A stretch of 63,627 nucleotides of DNA, the filler included, from Octopus bimaculoides (lineage: Eukaryota), in assembly GCF_001194135.2 (NCBI RefSeq). It is 6 parts of 6 records of this genome, joined end to end, with 100 filler letters (N's around TTAATTAATTAA, not from the genome) between each part and the next. Parts side by side here need not be neighbours in the genome. Positions count along the whole stretch, not along the records: positions 61,922 to 63,627 come from NW_026437905.1; 5 more parts are not named here. One strand, given 5' to 3'. Position 1 is the stretch's first letter, and every line of letters begins with the position of its first letter. The notes under the pieces were generated by a model that did not search any database, was not told the origin of the DNA, and was given only the letters and a program-made list of their open reading frames with translations. The translations under genes were made by a program, and so were the position numbers. Of the stretch, positions 62,490 through 63,627 are shown piece after piece.

Positions 62490-63627
62490 CTTTCTACATA
62501 AAATATAAATTTACTACATAAAATATAAATTTACTTATCCCATTGGTCATAATCTTGAAATATCTGTAAAACCGCCAAAAGCTTGTTTATTTTGATGTCT
62601 TTTTTCATTTATTATTAGTTTTGCTTAATATGTTGCTCCTCGTATGGCAGGCGCTAGCGTAACAAAAACAGCGAAAATGTTTGGTGTATCAATAAGTACT
62701 GTCTCAAAAGTAATGACAGGTTTTGAGAAAGAGGGTAGAACCTCCTCGTCGAAAGAAAACTCCGGAAGAAAACCAAAACTTTCAGATAAGGACCGTCGGA
62801 TCTTACGCGAATTGTTAGAAAGAATCACAAAAGTACAGCTCCCAAAATTAATGCAGAGCTTAATGACCACCTTGAGAACCTAGTTTCCACAAGAACTAAT
62901 CGCCGGGAGCTGCACAAAGCCGGATTTCACGGGAGGGCTGCAATCAGAAAACCACTACTTTCAAAAACAAACGCTGCAAAGCGTTTAGAGTGGAATAAAA
63001 ACTTACAGAATTGGTCCCTAGAGCAGTGGAAGAATGTTATTTTCTCGGTCGAGTCATCCATTACCTTATTTCCGACCACCAGCCGAGTATACGTGTGGAG
63101 ACAGCCAAAAGAGCATTTGAGCCAGACTGCTTTCTTCCGACTGTTAAACACGGAGGAGGATCTGTGATGATCTGGGGGACTATATCTTGGAAATCCGCCG
63201 GCCCAATGGTTTTCCTTCATGACAGAATTAATAGTCAAGACTATTTAAATATTTTATCTGATCAAATTCATCCTGTGGTTGCGGATCTGTTTTCGGAGGG
63301 AAACGCAATCTTTCAGGATAATAATGCACCAATTCACACAGCTAAAATTGTTACTGAATGACACAAGGAACATTCTAGTGAAGTTGAGCATCTTATCTGG
63401 CCACAACAGTCCCCAGATCTCAATATCATTGAACATTTCTGGTGCATTTTAGAAAAACAAGTAAGGAGTCGATGTCCTCCATCACTATCACTCCAAGAAC
63501 TGGAGACTGTTCCTTTGGAAAGAATTCAAACTTTGTACGAGTTCATACCTCGTAGAATTCAAGCCGTAATTACTGCTAAAGGCGGTCCTACTCCATATTA
63601 AAATAAATTTGTTTGAAATTTTAAGGT
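62490..63627 (+). mobile_element. Tc1-like element with a decayed transposase (about 62625-63601) and expanded D-E spacing
   Basis: GASVTKTAKMFGVS..NSGRKPKLS, KPLLS, WKNVIFSVES, TVKHGGGSVMIWG, FQDNNAPIHTA..WPQQSPDLNIIEHFW and ..IPRRIQAVITAKGGPTPY*. Two frameshifts and one stop. A 20-bp tandem duplication lies at 62494-62533. Confidence 0.9.

Overview
Eukaryotic, AT-rich, repeat-saturated animal genomic DNA from a draft assembly with about 16 N-gaps. The SINE families and microsatellite density resemble an octopus genome; this is inferred from recall, not from a search. No complete protein-coding gene is present. One plausible spliced coding exon lies at 2789-2923 (+). Most ORFs in the supplied track are artefacts of microsatellites or N-runs. 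The window contains many tRNA-derived SINE copies from several families, an LTR pair in inverted orientation (one copy with a tRNA-Trp primer-binding site), and decayed LINEs of the Tx1/L1, RTE and R4/Dong types. It also holds a Penelope-like GIY-YIG fragment, four mariner fragments, a Tc1-type transposase with expanded D-E spacing, and hAT MITEs. The most interesting signal is five unrelated minimal type-I hammerhead-ribozyme-like motifs of Penelope type, each with a different core state; one shows a compensatory G3:C8 swap. Two of them sit in long fold-back palindromes whose axis lies just upstream of the ribozyme. A second notable signal is a SINE subfamily whose 3' tail matches the 3' end of the Tx1-type LINE in the same window.
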